Shown here one piece after another: positions 19,444 to 29,265 of a DNA stretch of 64,000 bases (positions are counted from its first letter, which is position 1; the number at the start of each line of letters is the position of its first letter). The notes beneath the pieces were generated by a model, which was given only the letters and a program-made list of their open reading frames with translations, searched no databases and was not told the DNA's origin. Both the position numbers and the translations under genes were made by a program. The DNA comes from an uncultured Gammaproteobacteria bacterium (GTDB taxonomy: Bacteria > Patescibacteriota > Patescibacteriia > Magasanikbacterales > JBBTQS01). The stretch is from the NCBI GenBank assembly GCA_965230935.1, contig OZ246400.1:310359-374358 (forward strand), read 5' to 3'.

Positions 19444-20661
19444 ATGGCAGAAAAAACAACATTCACTCCAGGAGAAGACTGGGTATGGTACAGTCGCGCG
19501 ATGTACAGCGACCGCGAAATTGCCGCTGTAGTTGAGTCACTGAGCAGCGATTGGCTTGTACCAGGAGCCTACAGTGAACAATTTGAAAACGCAGTGGCTG
19601 ATATGTTTGGGCAAAAGGTTGGTCTATTTGTCAACTCAGGTTCATCAGCAAACCTCCTTGCTATAGAAGCACACAATTTACCAAAAGGCGGCGAAGTGAT
19701 CACCCCAGCATGTACATTTTCTACAGTGGTGAACCCGCTTTTGCAATGTGGACTGACTCCGGTGTTTGTTGATGTAGCGCTTGATACCTACAACACCAAT
19801 CTTGATCTGCTTGAAGATGCCATTACTGACAAGACCGTTGCACTCATGATTCCACATCTGGTGGGAAACTTGAATGATGTCAAACGACTTCGTGGTATTG
19901 CTGATAAACACAACCTTATTTACATAGAGGATAGTTGCGATACCATTGGCGGAACGATCAATGGAGAAAAAACCGGAACCTATGCTGATGCCAGTACCAC
20001 TAGTTTTTATGCATCACACATTATTACCGCTGCAGGAGGCGGTGGCATGGTCATGTTTAAAGACCCAGATAAGGCACGACGATCAAAAGTACTTCGTGAC
20101 TGGGGCCGTGCACTTCCAGAACACAAAGATGAAGGAGCAGATAAACGCTTTACCTTTACCCTCAATGGCAAACCACATGATGGTAAGTTTGTCTTTACTG
20201 AGCGCGGATACAACCTCAAGCCAATTGATTTACAAGCAGCGTTTGGTTTAGTGCAACTTGATCGACTTGAAGAATTTAATGTGATTCGACAGACGAATTT
20301 CAAAACACTGCGTGATTTTTTTGCGCAATTTCCAGAACATTTTATTTTGCCACATGAACTTAATGGCGCTGACACCCGCTGGCTTGCCTATCCACTTCAT
20401 ATTAAAGAAGATTCACCACTGGATCGTAAATCACTCATGTCACACCTTGAAGCACACAAAATCCAAACGCGAGTGCTCTTTTCCGGAAACATCCTCCATC
20501 ATCCTGCATACGCTAACATCCCCCACCGCGTCCATGGTGAACTTCCCAACGCTGATGCAATCTTAAGTAATGCTATGCTGCTTGGCGCCCATCATGGTAT
20601 GCGCCAAGCACATCTTGATTATGTCATGCAGGTACTCAGTGATTATCTTAAAGCGCTCTAG
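19444..20661 (+). CDS. DegT/RfbH/ColD-family PMP-dependent sugar 3-dehydratase (His replaces the Schiff-base Lys)
   Basis: SGSSANLLAIEA (RfbH-like). Active-site segment SFYASHIITAAGGGGMV has His where aminotransferases of this fold have Lys, as in E1/ColD 3-dehydratases. Confidence 0.6.
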   Translation: MAEKTTFTPGEDWVWYSRAMYSDREIAAVVESLSSDWLVPGAYSEQFENAVADMFGQKVGLFVNSGSSANLLAIEAHNLPKGGEVITPACTFSTVVNPLLQCGLTPVFVDVALDTYNTNLDLLEDAITDKTVALMIPHLVGNLNDVKRLRGIADKHNLIYIEDSCDTIGGTINGEKTGTYADASTTSFYASHIITAAGGGGMVMFKDPDKARRSKVLRDWGRALPEHKDEGADKRFTFTLNGKPHDGKFVFTERGYNLKPIDLQAAFGLVQLDRLEEFNVIRQTNFKTLRDFFAQFPEHFILPHELNGADTRWLAYPLHIKEDSPLDRKSLMSHLEAHKIQTRVLFSGNILHHPAYANIPHRVHGELPNADAILSNAMLLGAHHGMRQAHLDYVMQVLSDYLKAL

Positions 20662-20664
20662 GTC

Positions 20665-21828
20665 TTGCGCATAAATATCATGAACAAACCACGCATTGCC
20701 ATTGTTACTTCTTGCATGGATAACCGCCCTGCCCGTGGGACGGCACTGGTTGCGCGTCGGTTTGTTGAACGCCTTGAACAGTATCGTGATCAGTTTGACT
20801 TCACCCTCATCCACCACAACAAAACAGAGGACCCGATCTATCAGCAATACCCGGAACTTATTATCCCAAATGTGTGGTTTCCATTTGGAAGAACCATGTG
20901 TAATGAAATGCTCTTTTGGTTTACGCATCGGTTTTCTCGAGCCAAATTTGATGTGGTGCATTATCTTCAACCACGTGTCTGGCCATCGTATCTCCTCAGC
21001 CACACAAAACGCATTGTGCTTACCCCGCATGATGCCGGAATTATGCTTAACCTTTCCCCAATTGGCATGGGCGAACGCCTATTTCGTTTTACAAATCGAC
21101 GACTCAACTGGCGCATGAATAATCTCATCGCGGTTTCTGAATTTGCAAAACAAGAAATTGCTGATACCTATCATATTGATGACAAAAAAATCACCGTGGT
21201 ATACAACGGTGTTGATAATCATATGCAGCCGGTTGAACAAACTACGTCAACACACACACTACTTAAAACTAAATATGGAATTACACAACCATACATCCTC
21301 TCTGTCGGACGAATGACACCACACAAAAATATTCTCACACTGCTTGATGCCTACGCAGCGTTACGCGCAAAGGGTTGTGCTGAATCACTCGTGCTTGTTG
21401 GCGGGCGACATCTTTCCAAATACTCCAGCCAAGTTGAACAAAAGATCAATGATCTATATTTGCAAACGCACGTACATATTGCACCCTATATCGAACCGGA
21501 AGATCTACCATTAGTGTATAGTGCTGCTGCAGTTCTCGTATATCCCTCACTTCACGAAGGATTTGGCTTACCGATGCTTGAAGCAATGGCATGCCATACA
21601 CCAGTAGTTGCGAGCAATGCCACGTCTTTGCCAGAAATCGCTGGCAATGCTGCGCTCTTGTGTGACCCAACAAACACGGAGGCAATTACAGATGCACTCC
21701 ACCACGTACTTACTGATACACACATGCAGCAAGACCTTGTTTCCAAAGGAAAAAAGCGTGTGCAGCAGTTTACTTGGGATCGATCAACACAAGCCATTAT
21801 CTCTTTGTATAAGACATTAACAGCATAA
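20665..21828 (+). CDS. GT4 glycosyltransferase
   Basis: EGFGLPMLEAMACHTPVVASN GT4 motif. Confidence 0.65.
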   Translation: MRINIMNKPRIAIVTSCMDNRPARGTALVARRFVERLEQYRDQFDFTLIHHNKTEDPIYQQYPELIIPNVWFPFGRTMCNEMLFWFTHRFSRAKFDVVHYLQPRVWPSYLLSHTKRIVLTPHDAGIMLNLSPIGMGERLFRFTNRRLNWRMNNLIAVSEFAKQEIADTYHIDDKKITVVYNGVDNHMQPVEQTTSTHTLLKTKYGITQPYILSVGRMTPHKNILTLLDAYAALRAKGCAESLVLVGGRHLSKYSSQVEQKINDLYLQTHVHIAPYIEPEDLPLVYSAAAVLVYPSLHEGFGLPMLEAMACHTPVVASNATSLPEIAGNAALLCDPTNTEAITDALHHVLTDTHMQQDLVSKGKKRVQQFTWDRSTQAIISLYKTLTA

Positions 21829-21831
21829 GCT

Positions 21832-22872
21832 ATGCGCCTTTTATTTATCACTCAAAAACTTGACCGTAATGATGATGTCTTAGGATATATGCATCGCTGG
21901 ACCGAAGCGATTGCGAAACGTTTTGAGCACACCATTGCACTATGTTTGCAAAAAGGTGACGTAGCTCTCCCACCCAACATCGTAGTCCATTCATTAGGTA
22001 AAGAAACAAAACCGTCACGGTGGTCGTATGTGCGCAAACTATTTTCTCTGGCGTGGCGTGAACGGAAAAACTATGATGTGGTGTTTGTGCACATGAACAT
22101 TGAATATCTTCTTTTGTGCGGCTGGTTATGGAAACTATGGGGTAAGAAGATTGTTTTGTGGTACAACCACAAAGATGGAAATCTTAAAGTAAATATTGCG
22201 CGTCTGTTTACTGATGTCGTCATGCACACTTCAGAACATGCGTACACTGCGCGATTTTCAAATCACAAACAAATGCCAGTGGGAATTGATACTGATGCAT
22301 TTGTTCCACAAGAGCAGCTACCACCGGTCAACACCATTCTCTCTATTGGAAGAATTGCCCCGGTCAAACATATCCATACGCTTATTGAGGCGGTTCAACA
22401 CCTTACCAACGAAGGTGTTAAGGTAAAACTTGATATCTACGGAAGTGCTCTTGAGCGCGACAAAGCATATGATGAACAAATCCGCGCACAATCACACGAA
22501 CTCCGAGCAAAAGGAATTGTTGAATTCCACGGATCGATTGCAAACCGACACAGCCCCCCGCTTTTTGCAAGCCATGGTATTACCGTCAATATGAGTCCCG
22601 ATGGCCTGTTCGACAAGGTAATTTCCGAAGGAATGGCTTGTGGTGGTTTGGTGCTTATCACCAACACCTCCATGAAAATTTTGCCAGAGTACTGCGTTTT
22701 TACGCTTGCTGATGCCAAAGACATGGCTGAAAAATTTAAAATACTTTTTGCACTACCTGATGAAAAACGCCGCGAACTTGGACAACAATTTCGTCAGCAC
22801 ATTATTGAAATCCACAGCCTCAAACGTGTGGTGGATGAAATTATGAATTCAGTCAACGCCTTGCAGAAATAG
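21832..22872 (+). CDS. GT4-like (GT1-fold) glycosyltransferase
   Basis: SEGMACGGLVLITN motif. N-terminal glyco_trans_4-like region. Confidence 0.5.
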   Translation: MRLLFITQKLDRNDDVLGYMHRWTEAIAKRFEHTIALCLQKGDVALPPNIVVHSLGKETKPSRWSYVRKLFSLAWRERKNYDVVFVHMNIEYLLLCGWLWKLWGKKIVLWYNHKDGNLKVNIARLFTDVVMHTSEHAYTARFSNHKQMPVGIDTDAFVPQEQLPPVNTILSIGRIAPVKHIHTLIEAVQHLTNEGVKVKLDIYGSALERDKAYDEQIRAQSHELRAKGIVEFHGSIANRHSPPLFASHGITVNMSPDGLFDKVISEGMACGGLVLITNTSMKILPEYCVFTLADAKDMAEKFKILFALPDEKRRELGQQFRQHIIEIHSLKRVVDEIMNSVNALQK

Positions 22873-23866
22873 TGGTAATTGCCTGAGCAAACGCATTATG
22901 GTTGTTGATTGGAATAATCTGCACCTGATCAGAAGGCTGAACTTCATATCCAGCAACGCCAACATCATGCATTACCACAGGGCATCCTGCTGCTAATGCT
23001 TCGAGCACGACCAATCCATATCCTTCAGTCAAGCTTGGAAATAAAAACCCGTCAGCTGATTGCATGTAGCCAACAGAGTCATCTACCCAACCCGTAAAGG
23101 TGATGTTATCTTGAAGGTTATTTTTTGCTTTTTTAACTTTTACTTCCAATGATTTACGCTGTGATCCATCACCAATAATCACTAACCCATACTCCGGATT
23201 AGTTTTCACCACTGCGGCAAATACATCAATCAACCAAGAGATGTTTTTTACTCTCTCCAATCGGCCTACCGTGATAAAAATCTTTTTCCACTTTGGAAAT
23301 TGAGTATGCAAATCAACCAATGAACGGTGCTGTGTGATCTTCTTCGTATCAAGTGCAACTGGGCGCACCACAATCTGACTGGGATCAACGCCGAGCTTGA
23401 GTACACTTTCGCGAACCCGTCCACCAACAACCCGAACGTGATCAGCACGCCGCACAATATATTTGCCCAACCAATACTGGATAAACGATCGAAGTCCGGC
23501 AAATAAATAATATGATGAGCCATAAAAATCACCATGCAACTGTACTTCGAGCGTAATCCCAAATTTCTTACACAATCCTAATCCAACCCATCCTAAAAAA
23601 AATGGATCCTGCGTACTGACCTGTGTAATCCCTTTCTCCCGAATTAACTCACGGGCACGAGCGCGTAATCGAAATAATTGGACAATCTTGTTTGCTCCTC
23701 CGGTTCCATACGCCGTCACTGATGGTGAGAGTGGTACGGTTGTTTGTTGTGGAGATGGAATCACGATGCTGAGCGTTTGTTGCGCACCATAGATACGCAT
23801 TCGCTCACTGACTGGTGAGTCAGGGTCTAAAATCTTCTGATCGATGCTAAGCATTACCTGTGACAT
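22853..23866 (-). CDS. GT4 glycosyltransferase
   Basis: TEGYGLVVLEALAAGCPVVMHD. Confidence 0.65.
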   Translation of the reverse strand: MSQVMLSIDQKILDPDSPVSERMRIYGAQQTLSIVIPSPQQTTVPLSPSVTAYGTGGANKIVQLFRLRARARELIREKGITQVSTQDPFFLGWVGLGLCKKFGITLEVQLHGDFYGSSYYLFAGLRSFIQYWLGKYIVRRADHVRVVGGRVRESVLKLGVDPSQIVVRPVALDTKKITQHRSLVDLHTQFPKWKKIFITVGRLERVKNISWLIDVFAAVVKTNPEYGLVIIGDGSQRKSLEVKVKKAKNNLQDNITFTGWVDDSVGYMQSADGFLFPSLTEGYGLVVLEALAAGCPVVMHDVGVAGYEVQPSDQVQIIPINNHNAFAQAITTISARR

Positions 23867-25005
23867 AGCTGGTCAAACAATGCGTGCATACGGGCACTAA
23901 TATGATCCCAATTGTATCGATCACGCACTAACCGCATACCAGCGGCATGTATTTCTTTTTGCTGCTCAGCTGGTACCGTGTGCGCACGAGTGATCGCTTG
24001 GGTAACTGATTGTGGATCACCAACTTTACACACAAATCCGGTCTCATTGTCTTTGAGAAAATCAGCGATTCCACCAACGGTAGTGCCAACGATCGGGAGA
24101 TGTGCTGCAATCGCTTCTAAAAATACATTGCCTAGGCCTTCGGAATGACTTGGGCGACAAAACACATCACTTGCCCACAAATATGGAGGGACCTGCGCAT
24201 GTGTTACCTCGCCCACAAAATGGATATGTTCACTCGCTGACAAAGACTGCGCGTGCTGGCGCAACACCTCTTCTAACTCTCCGGTGCCAACAATTAAAAG
24301 ATGGTACTCTTGCGGCAGATACTCCATAGCACTGATCAAATCCTTCACGCCATTTTTCACTACCAATCGCGAGACGGTAATGATCACTGGCGCATCAGTT
24401 GGAATACCAAACTGTTTGCGAATCTGTGCACGATGTTCTGGCGCATCTTTACCCGGGCGAAACTGTGCAATATCTACTCCATTAGGAATCACCGCTGAAG
24501 AAGAACCAGCAAAACTCATATCCTTTCCCCAATCCATTAAATAGGTGCTGATTGCTTGCACCCCATCAGCTTTGGTAAAAATTTTACGAAACTTTTTTGG
24601 CATAAATCGCGCCTTTTCCAAAATCTTTGGAATCGGATCTCCCTCTTGCAAGGTGAGCAAAAACGGCACCCCGGTCTTACGTTTAAAACTCAACGTAGCA
24701 AAGCCGCCATAACTCGCCATAATTGACCATGCCAAATCATAGGCATGTTTACGATGGAGCTGCATTGCCTTACGATACCCAAAAAAAGCTAACAACAGCT
24801 TGTCAAAAAAAGGAATGCCAAATCCCACACGATAAATCTGTACATTGCCAATCTTCTCTTGTTTTGGTAACGACCGCCGCAATCGCGCAGTTACCATATC
24901 AAACTGCATGTCAGTAATACGGTTGGTCACTTCTTTAACGGCAACTTCTGCCCCACCGATAAGAGGGAGATATGCAGTAGAGAAAATCAATACGCGCTTA
25001 TCCAT
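23854..25005 (-). CDS. GT4 glycosyltransferase
   Basis: SEGLGNVFLEAIAAHLPIVGTTVGG. Start at Met 25005 (MDKRVLIF) avoids a 26-nt overlap; the ORF-track start is 25044. Confidence 0.65.
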   Translation of the reverse strand: MDKRVLIFSTAYLPLIGGAEVAVKEVTNRITDMQFDMVTARLRRSLPKQEKIGNVQIYRVGFGIPFFDKLLLAFFGYRKAMQLHRKHAYDLAWSIMASYGGFATLSFKRKTGVPFLLTLQEGDPIPKILEKARFMPKKFRKIFTKADGVQAISTYLMDWGKDMSFAGSSSAVIPNGVDIAQFRPGKDAPEHRAQIRKQFGIPTDAPVIITVSRLVVKNGVKDLISAMEYLPQEYHLLIVGTGELEEVLRQHAQSLSASEHIHFVGEVTHAQVPPYLWASDVFCRPSHSEGLGNVFLEAIAAHLPIVGTTVGGIADFLKDNETGFVCKVGDPQSVTQAITRAHTVPAEQQKEIHAAGMRLVRDRYNWDHISARMHALFDQLCHR

Positions 25006-25018
25006 ATCGTTCCAATGT

Positions 25019-25960
25019 CTACATGCGTGTTTTAAACTCCTCAATTGTTTTTGCTAACCCGTCGGCAAGTGCCACTTGTGGTTCCCAATCCAAAACCTCT
25101 TTGGCTTTACTGATATCTGGCCGACGTCGCTTTGGGTCATCTTGCGGAAGTGGTTGATATACTAATTTACTTTTTGAGCCAGTAAGCGTAATCACTTCTT
25201 GTGCTAACTCTGCAATCGTATTTTCAGTTGGATTCCCAAGATTAATTGGACCCATAATCTCTGCGGGAGCATTCATCATCCGCACAAATCCATCGACCAA
25301 ATCACTCACATAACAAAAACTTCTGGTCTGCGTTCCATCACCATAAATTGTAATATCATCACCACGAAGCGCCTGAATAATAAAATTAGACACCACACGT
25401 CCATCGTCAAATGCCATTCGTGGACCGTATGTGTTAAAGATGCGCACAATTTTGACCTCCATCCCATGCATACGAAAATACTCGTAAAAAAGCGTCTCCG
25501 CCACACGCTTACCTTCGTCATAGCACGCGCGTGGTCCAATGGGATTTACCGCGCCAACATATTCTTCTGGTTGCGGATGAACCTCAGGATCACCATACAC
25601 CTCAGAAGTTGACGCTTGAAACACTCTCGCGCCATGCGAACGTGCTAATCCTAAAATATTAATCACACCAATGGTATTTGCTTTTACGGTTCGTACGGCA
25701 TTTTTTTGATAATGGATCGGTGATGCTGGGCAGGCCAAGTTGTATACCTGTTGAATCGGTTCATCAACAAAGAGCGGGTCAATGATGTCATGTTCAATAA
25801 ACATGAAATTTTCATGATCTTTAAATGAATCCAAATTGCGCTTGTCGCTGGTAAAAAAATTATCAACACCGATAACGCGATCCCCGTTGGTCAAAAGCAA
25901 CTCACACAGATGACTTCCCAAAAACCCACTTGCGCCGGTCACTAAAATTGTCTTTTTCAT
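25019..25960 (-). CDS. uxs: UDP-glucuronate decarboxylase (UDP-xylose synthase)
   Basis: [38 protein letters not shown] and [11 protein letters not shown] are a close match to the UXS family. Confidence 0.75.
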   Translation of the reverse strand: MKKTILVTGASGFLGSHLCELLLTNGDRVIGVDNFFTSDKRNLDSFKDHENFMFIEHDIIDPLFVDEPIQQVYNLACPASPIHYQKNAVRTVKANTIGVINILGLARSHGARVFQASTSEVYGDPEVHPQPEEYVGAVNPIGPRACYDEGKRVAETLFYEYFRMHGMEVKIVRIFNTYGPRMAFDDGRVVSNFIIQALRGDDITIYGDGTQTRSFCYVSDLVDGFVRMMNAPAEIMGPINLGNPTENTIAELAQEVITLTGSKSKLVYQPLPQDDPKRRRPDISKAKEVLDWEPQVALADGLAKTIEEFKTRM

Positions 25961-26038
25961 AACTGATTGATAGTGTATGATATATAGGCACAGTACACCA
26001 TATTTACAGCATTTTGTAAACTCAAATTAGGTAATAAA

Positions 26039-27205
26039 ATGGCTAAAACTAGGAATAAAAAAACTATTGGACTGGTAATTACCCAAGGGAAATGGGGAGG
26101 TGCCCAACGGTATGTATTTGATCTGGCGACCCATCTTGCGACTCGCTATCGAGTTGTAGTAAGCATTGGTACACAACATGGATCACAGACACTCCAAAAT
26201 CGTTTACATGATTTTGTACAATCACACCCAACTGTTGATATTACCGTTACCCTATTAAATCATCTGCAACGAGCAATTAATCCATGGCATGATCTACGTG
26301 CCATTACTGAATTGCGCCAATGGGTGGCTACGAACCATATTGATCTTGTGCATTATAACAGTAGTAAGGCGGTAGTTATTGGTGCACATGCAAGTCGCGG
26401 CACGATTCCACAAATTGCCACGATCCATGGGTGGCCGTCACAAGAACTACTCTCGCCAATGCGTTCGTGGCTATATCGATTACTTGAAAAACGAGCAAGT
26501 CGCGCACTCGATGCACTGATCACGATTGACTTAACGTCGTCACGTATTGCTCAAGACAAGTATGGGCTTCCAAAGAAAAAGGTACACCACATCGCACACA
26601 GGATTGCACCTATTGATTTTCTGCCGCGCGATGACGCCAGGGAACAATTTGAACAACTCACTGGCCAATCATTATCCAACAAATATTGTGTCGGTACGAT
26701 TGCCAATCATTATCCAACAAAGCGTCTTTCCTTATTTATTGATGGACTCGCACAATTTATCACGCAAAAGAAGGATATTGTCGGATTGATTATTGGTGAT
26801 GGACCACAGCGCCACGCGTTACAACAACAGATTAATACGCTGAACATGCAAGACCACATCTTTTTACTTGGTCATCAAGATAATGCCGCGCGCCTCCTTA
26901 AAGGATTTGATCTGTTTGCGTTAAGTTCTGCTAAAGAAGGGTATCCGTATGTGCTCCTTGAAGCACAGCAAGCCGAACTTCCAATCGTAAGCACGGCAGT
27001 TGGTGGATGTATCGACATTCTCCAAAATTCTCCAACTGGCTTTTTAGTTGATACTCCAATCCCTGAAGTATTTGCTCACACGCTAGCGCAAGCACGTGTG
27101 CAACATACCTACCCAACAAAAACCCTCAACACACCACCACAACAGGCACTAGACTCCATGATTGAGCAAACTACCACACTCTACGAATCTTTCTTAGCGT
27201 CCTGA
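26039..27205 (+). CDS. GT4 glycosyltransferase
   Basis: KEGYPYVLLEAQQAELPIVSTAVGG. Confidence 0.65.
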   Translation: MAKTRNKKTIGLVITQGKWGGAQRYVFDLATHLATRYRVVVSIGTQHGSQTLQNRLHDFVQSHPTVDITVTLLNHLQRAINPWHDLRAITELRQWVATNHIDLVHYNSSKAVVIGAHASRGTIPQIATIHGWPSQELLSPMRSWLYRLLEKRASRALDALITIDLTSSRIAQDKYGLPKKKVHHIAHRIAPIDFLPRDDAREQFEQLTGQSLSNKYCVGTIANHYPTKRLSLFIDGLAQFITQKKDIVGLIIGDGPQRHALQQQINTLNMQDHIFLLGHQDNAARLLKGFDLFALSSAKEGYPYVLLEAQQAELPIVSTAVGGCIDILQNSPTGFLVDTPIPEVFAHTLAQARVQHTYPTKTLNTPPQQALDSMIEQTTTLYESFLAS

Positions 27206-29262
27206 TATTGTTGCGCAAGTTCTTCCTCCCCTGCATTGCGTAATGTTTCGATAATCAGATCGGCAATAGGCCAACGTGGCGGCAAAAATTCACCAAGATC
27301 GTATTGCACTGCTTCACGAAATGCTGCTACTGCTTGTTCTGGCTGCTCGGCAGCAATATACATCGTTCCCAAACGCCAGTGCACTTCTGCAATTTGCGGG
27401 TAATCATCAATTACTTTTTGTAATACTTGTTCAGCTTGCCCAAACTGATTTAACAACAGATGTGCTTGTGCCAACTCAAATCCAAGCTGCTGTCGTTTTG
27501 GCGATAGTTCCAATGCTTTTTTAAGCGCCGCCTGTGCTTGGAGTAATAATTCCGGAGTATTGGTATGCAATCCTGATTGTTGTGCCATTTGCGCAAGCAC
27601 CAAATACATCCGAAGTTCAAACGGCATGACATCAATGACGGTTTTCATGTCAGTGATTGCCAGGGGATAAAAAATATCATGCCACGCACCTATCACTTCT
27701 GGTTGTCGGGTATTGATGACTTGTGCAACGGCACGAGAATACTCACGAACAATATCATCAAAGTGCGGACTGCCAATCGATTTCGCTTCTTCGTACACCC
27801 GCAATGAATCAGCATATTGACCATTGTGGAGAAGCCCGATACCAAGTCGTAGCGCTTTATTTGCTGAAGAGACTTTTCCCACATATTGCTGCGTCAGCAA
27901 TGTGGCAAGCACTAATACAATCACACCAGCAATCGCCTGATTTTTCCACGGCGCTCGCGCTGGCTGTACTGGCTCATCTGATCGATTACTCAACTGGTCA
28001 ATCATGGCCAATACAACAAAGAAGTATAAGTATGACGTGGTATTTTCAAAAACAAACAAATTATGAACAAACGTAGCGACCAGAAACACTTGTGTACCAA
28101 TGGCCACATACCATAATTCTGGATGCCGTCTCCGCAGTCGCTGTGCCCCATACAACCCCGCGATAAACAACAACAGATACGCAACAGCGCCAATTACCCC
28201 CTGTGTAGTCAAAGTATTTACGAGCACATTATGTGCATTATCAAACCACGTTTCCGAAATTCCAAAACGGAAAAATTCCGGATTGTATCCTTGGTTGAAT
28301 GCATAAAAAAATGTATTGATTCCCCAACCAACGATTGGGTGCTCCTTCCAGGTCTCATAAGCAATCTGCCACGCCATAACCCGAGTACGACCAGTACCTT
28401 CAGTAAATGAGATGTGGGTAAATCGACTCAGGAATGGGTTCTCTGTAATTACTGATTGATTTCGCAATCCAAAAATTGTACCGCCGGCCAGCACTAATAC
28501 CCCAAACCCGACCAACGCAATCTTACGCCAACGCGCTGAACATTCTTTTGCTACTCCCACAAGGAGCAGCAGTAATACACCGCCAATTGCAAATCCTAAC
28601 CATGAGCCTCGAGTTTGGGTAAAAATAAGAGTGAGTAATGATCCAAACGCGCCAAGTGCCCAAAGCAGTCGCCACCACCATTGCCGCTTTTCAAACAAAA
28701 GTACGGCGCTGACAAAAAACAAAAAGATACTATATCCGGCAACATAAATGGTGTTGCCGAGTGTCGAACGTACCCGATTGCTTCCTTGATTCAGTAAAAA
28801 CTGCGGATCGGCAACTTGGATCCACGCAATAACCATCACTGGAATGGCCGCAACAAAAAACCATCCCAAAAGCCATCGCCACTCACGCCATCCAACAAAT
28901 ACTTGACGCGCCACATAAAATAAAATTGCGTAATGGAACATGGTATACAGACCCAACATGCGCTCATGATTGTCCCACAAACTCCGCTGCACATCGACAC
29001 TAAAGAGCGTCGAAAGTGTCAGCGAGATAAAAAAGAGCGCAACACTCAACCCAATCAAACTCACTCGCGACCGTATCTCTTTCCAATACCCAGCAAGAAA
29101 CATCACCCACACCACAGCTATCAACGCAACTATCACACGCAAATACAATACTTTAGGAACAATAAACGGAAAGATGTAGGAATCAAGTCCTACAAACAAC
29201 GGCATGAGAAACGCAAGCCCCACGAGCGCTTGCAATATACGACGATAATGATGAAACTTCAT
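27181..29262 (-). CDS. O-antigen ligase/polymerase-like (Wzy_C) membrane protein fused to C-terminal TPR repeats
   Basis: About 12 TM helices. Wzy_C-like central loop (TQTRGSWLGF ... DNAHNVLVNTLTTQGVIG). The C-terminal about 250 aa are TPR-like helical repeats. Confidence 0.6.
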   Translation of the reverse strand: MKFHHYRRILQALVGLAFLMPLFVGLDSYIFPFIVPKVLYLRVIVALIAVVWVMFLAGYWKEIRSRVSLIGLSVALFFISLTLSTLFSVDVQRSLWDNHERMLGLYTMFHYAILFYVARQVFVGWREWRWLLGWFFVAAIPVMVIAWIQVADPQFLLNQGSNRVRSTLGNTIYVAGYSIFLFFVSAVLLFEKRQWWWRLLWALGAFGSLLTLIFTQTRGSWLGFAIGGVLLLLLVGVAKECSARWRKIALVGFGVLVLAGGTIFGLRNQSVITENPFLSRFTHISFTEGTGRTRVMAWQIAYETWKEHPIVGWGINTFFYAFNQGYNPEFFRFGISETWFDNAHNVLVNTLTTQGVIGAVAYLLLFIAGLYGAQRLRRRHPELWYVAIGTQVFLVATFVHNLFVFENTTSYLYFFVVLAMIDQLSNRSDEPVQPARAPWKNQAIAGVIVLVLATLLTQQYVGKVSSANKALRLGIGLLHNGQYADSLRVYEEAKSIGSPHFDDIVREYSRAVAQVINTRQPEVIGAWHDIFYPLAITDMKTVIDVMPFELRMYLVLAQMAQQSGLHTNTPELLLQAQAALKKALELSPKRQQLGFELAQAHLLLNQFGQAEQVLQKVIDDYPQIAEVHWRLGTMYIAAEQPEQAVAAFREAVQYDLGEFLPPRWPIADLIIETLRNAGEEELAQQYQDAKKDS

Positions 29263-29265
29263 AAA

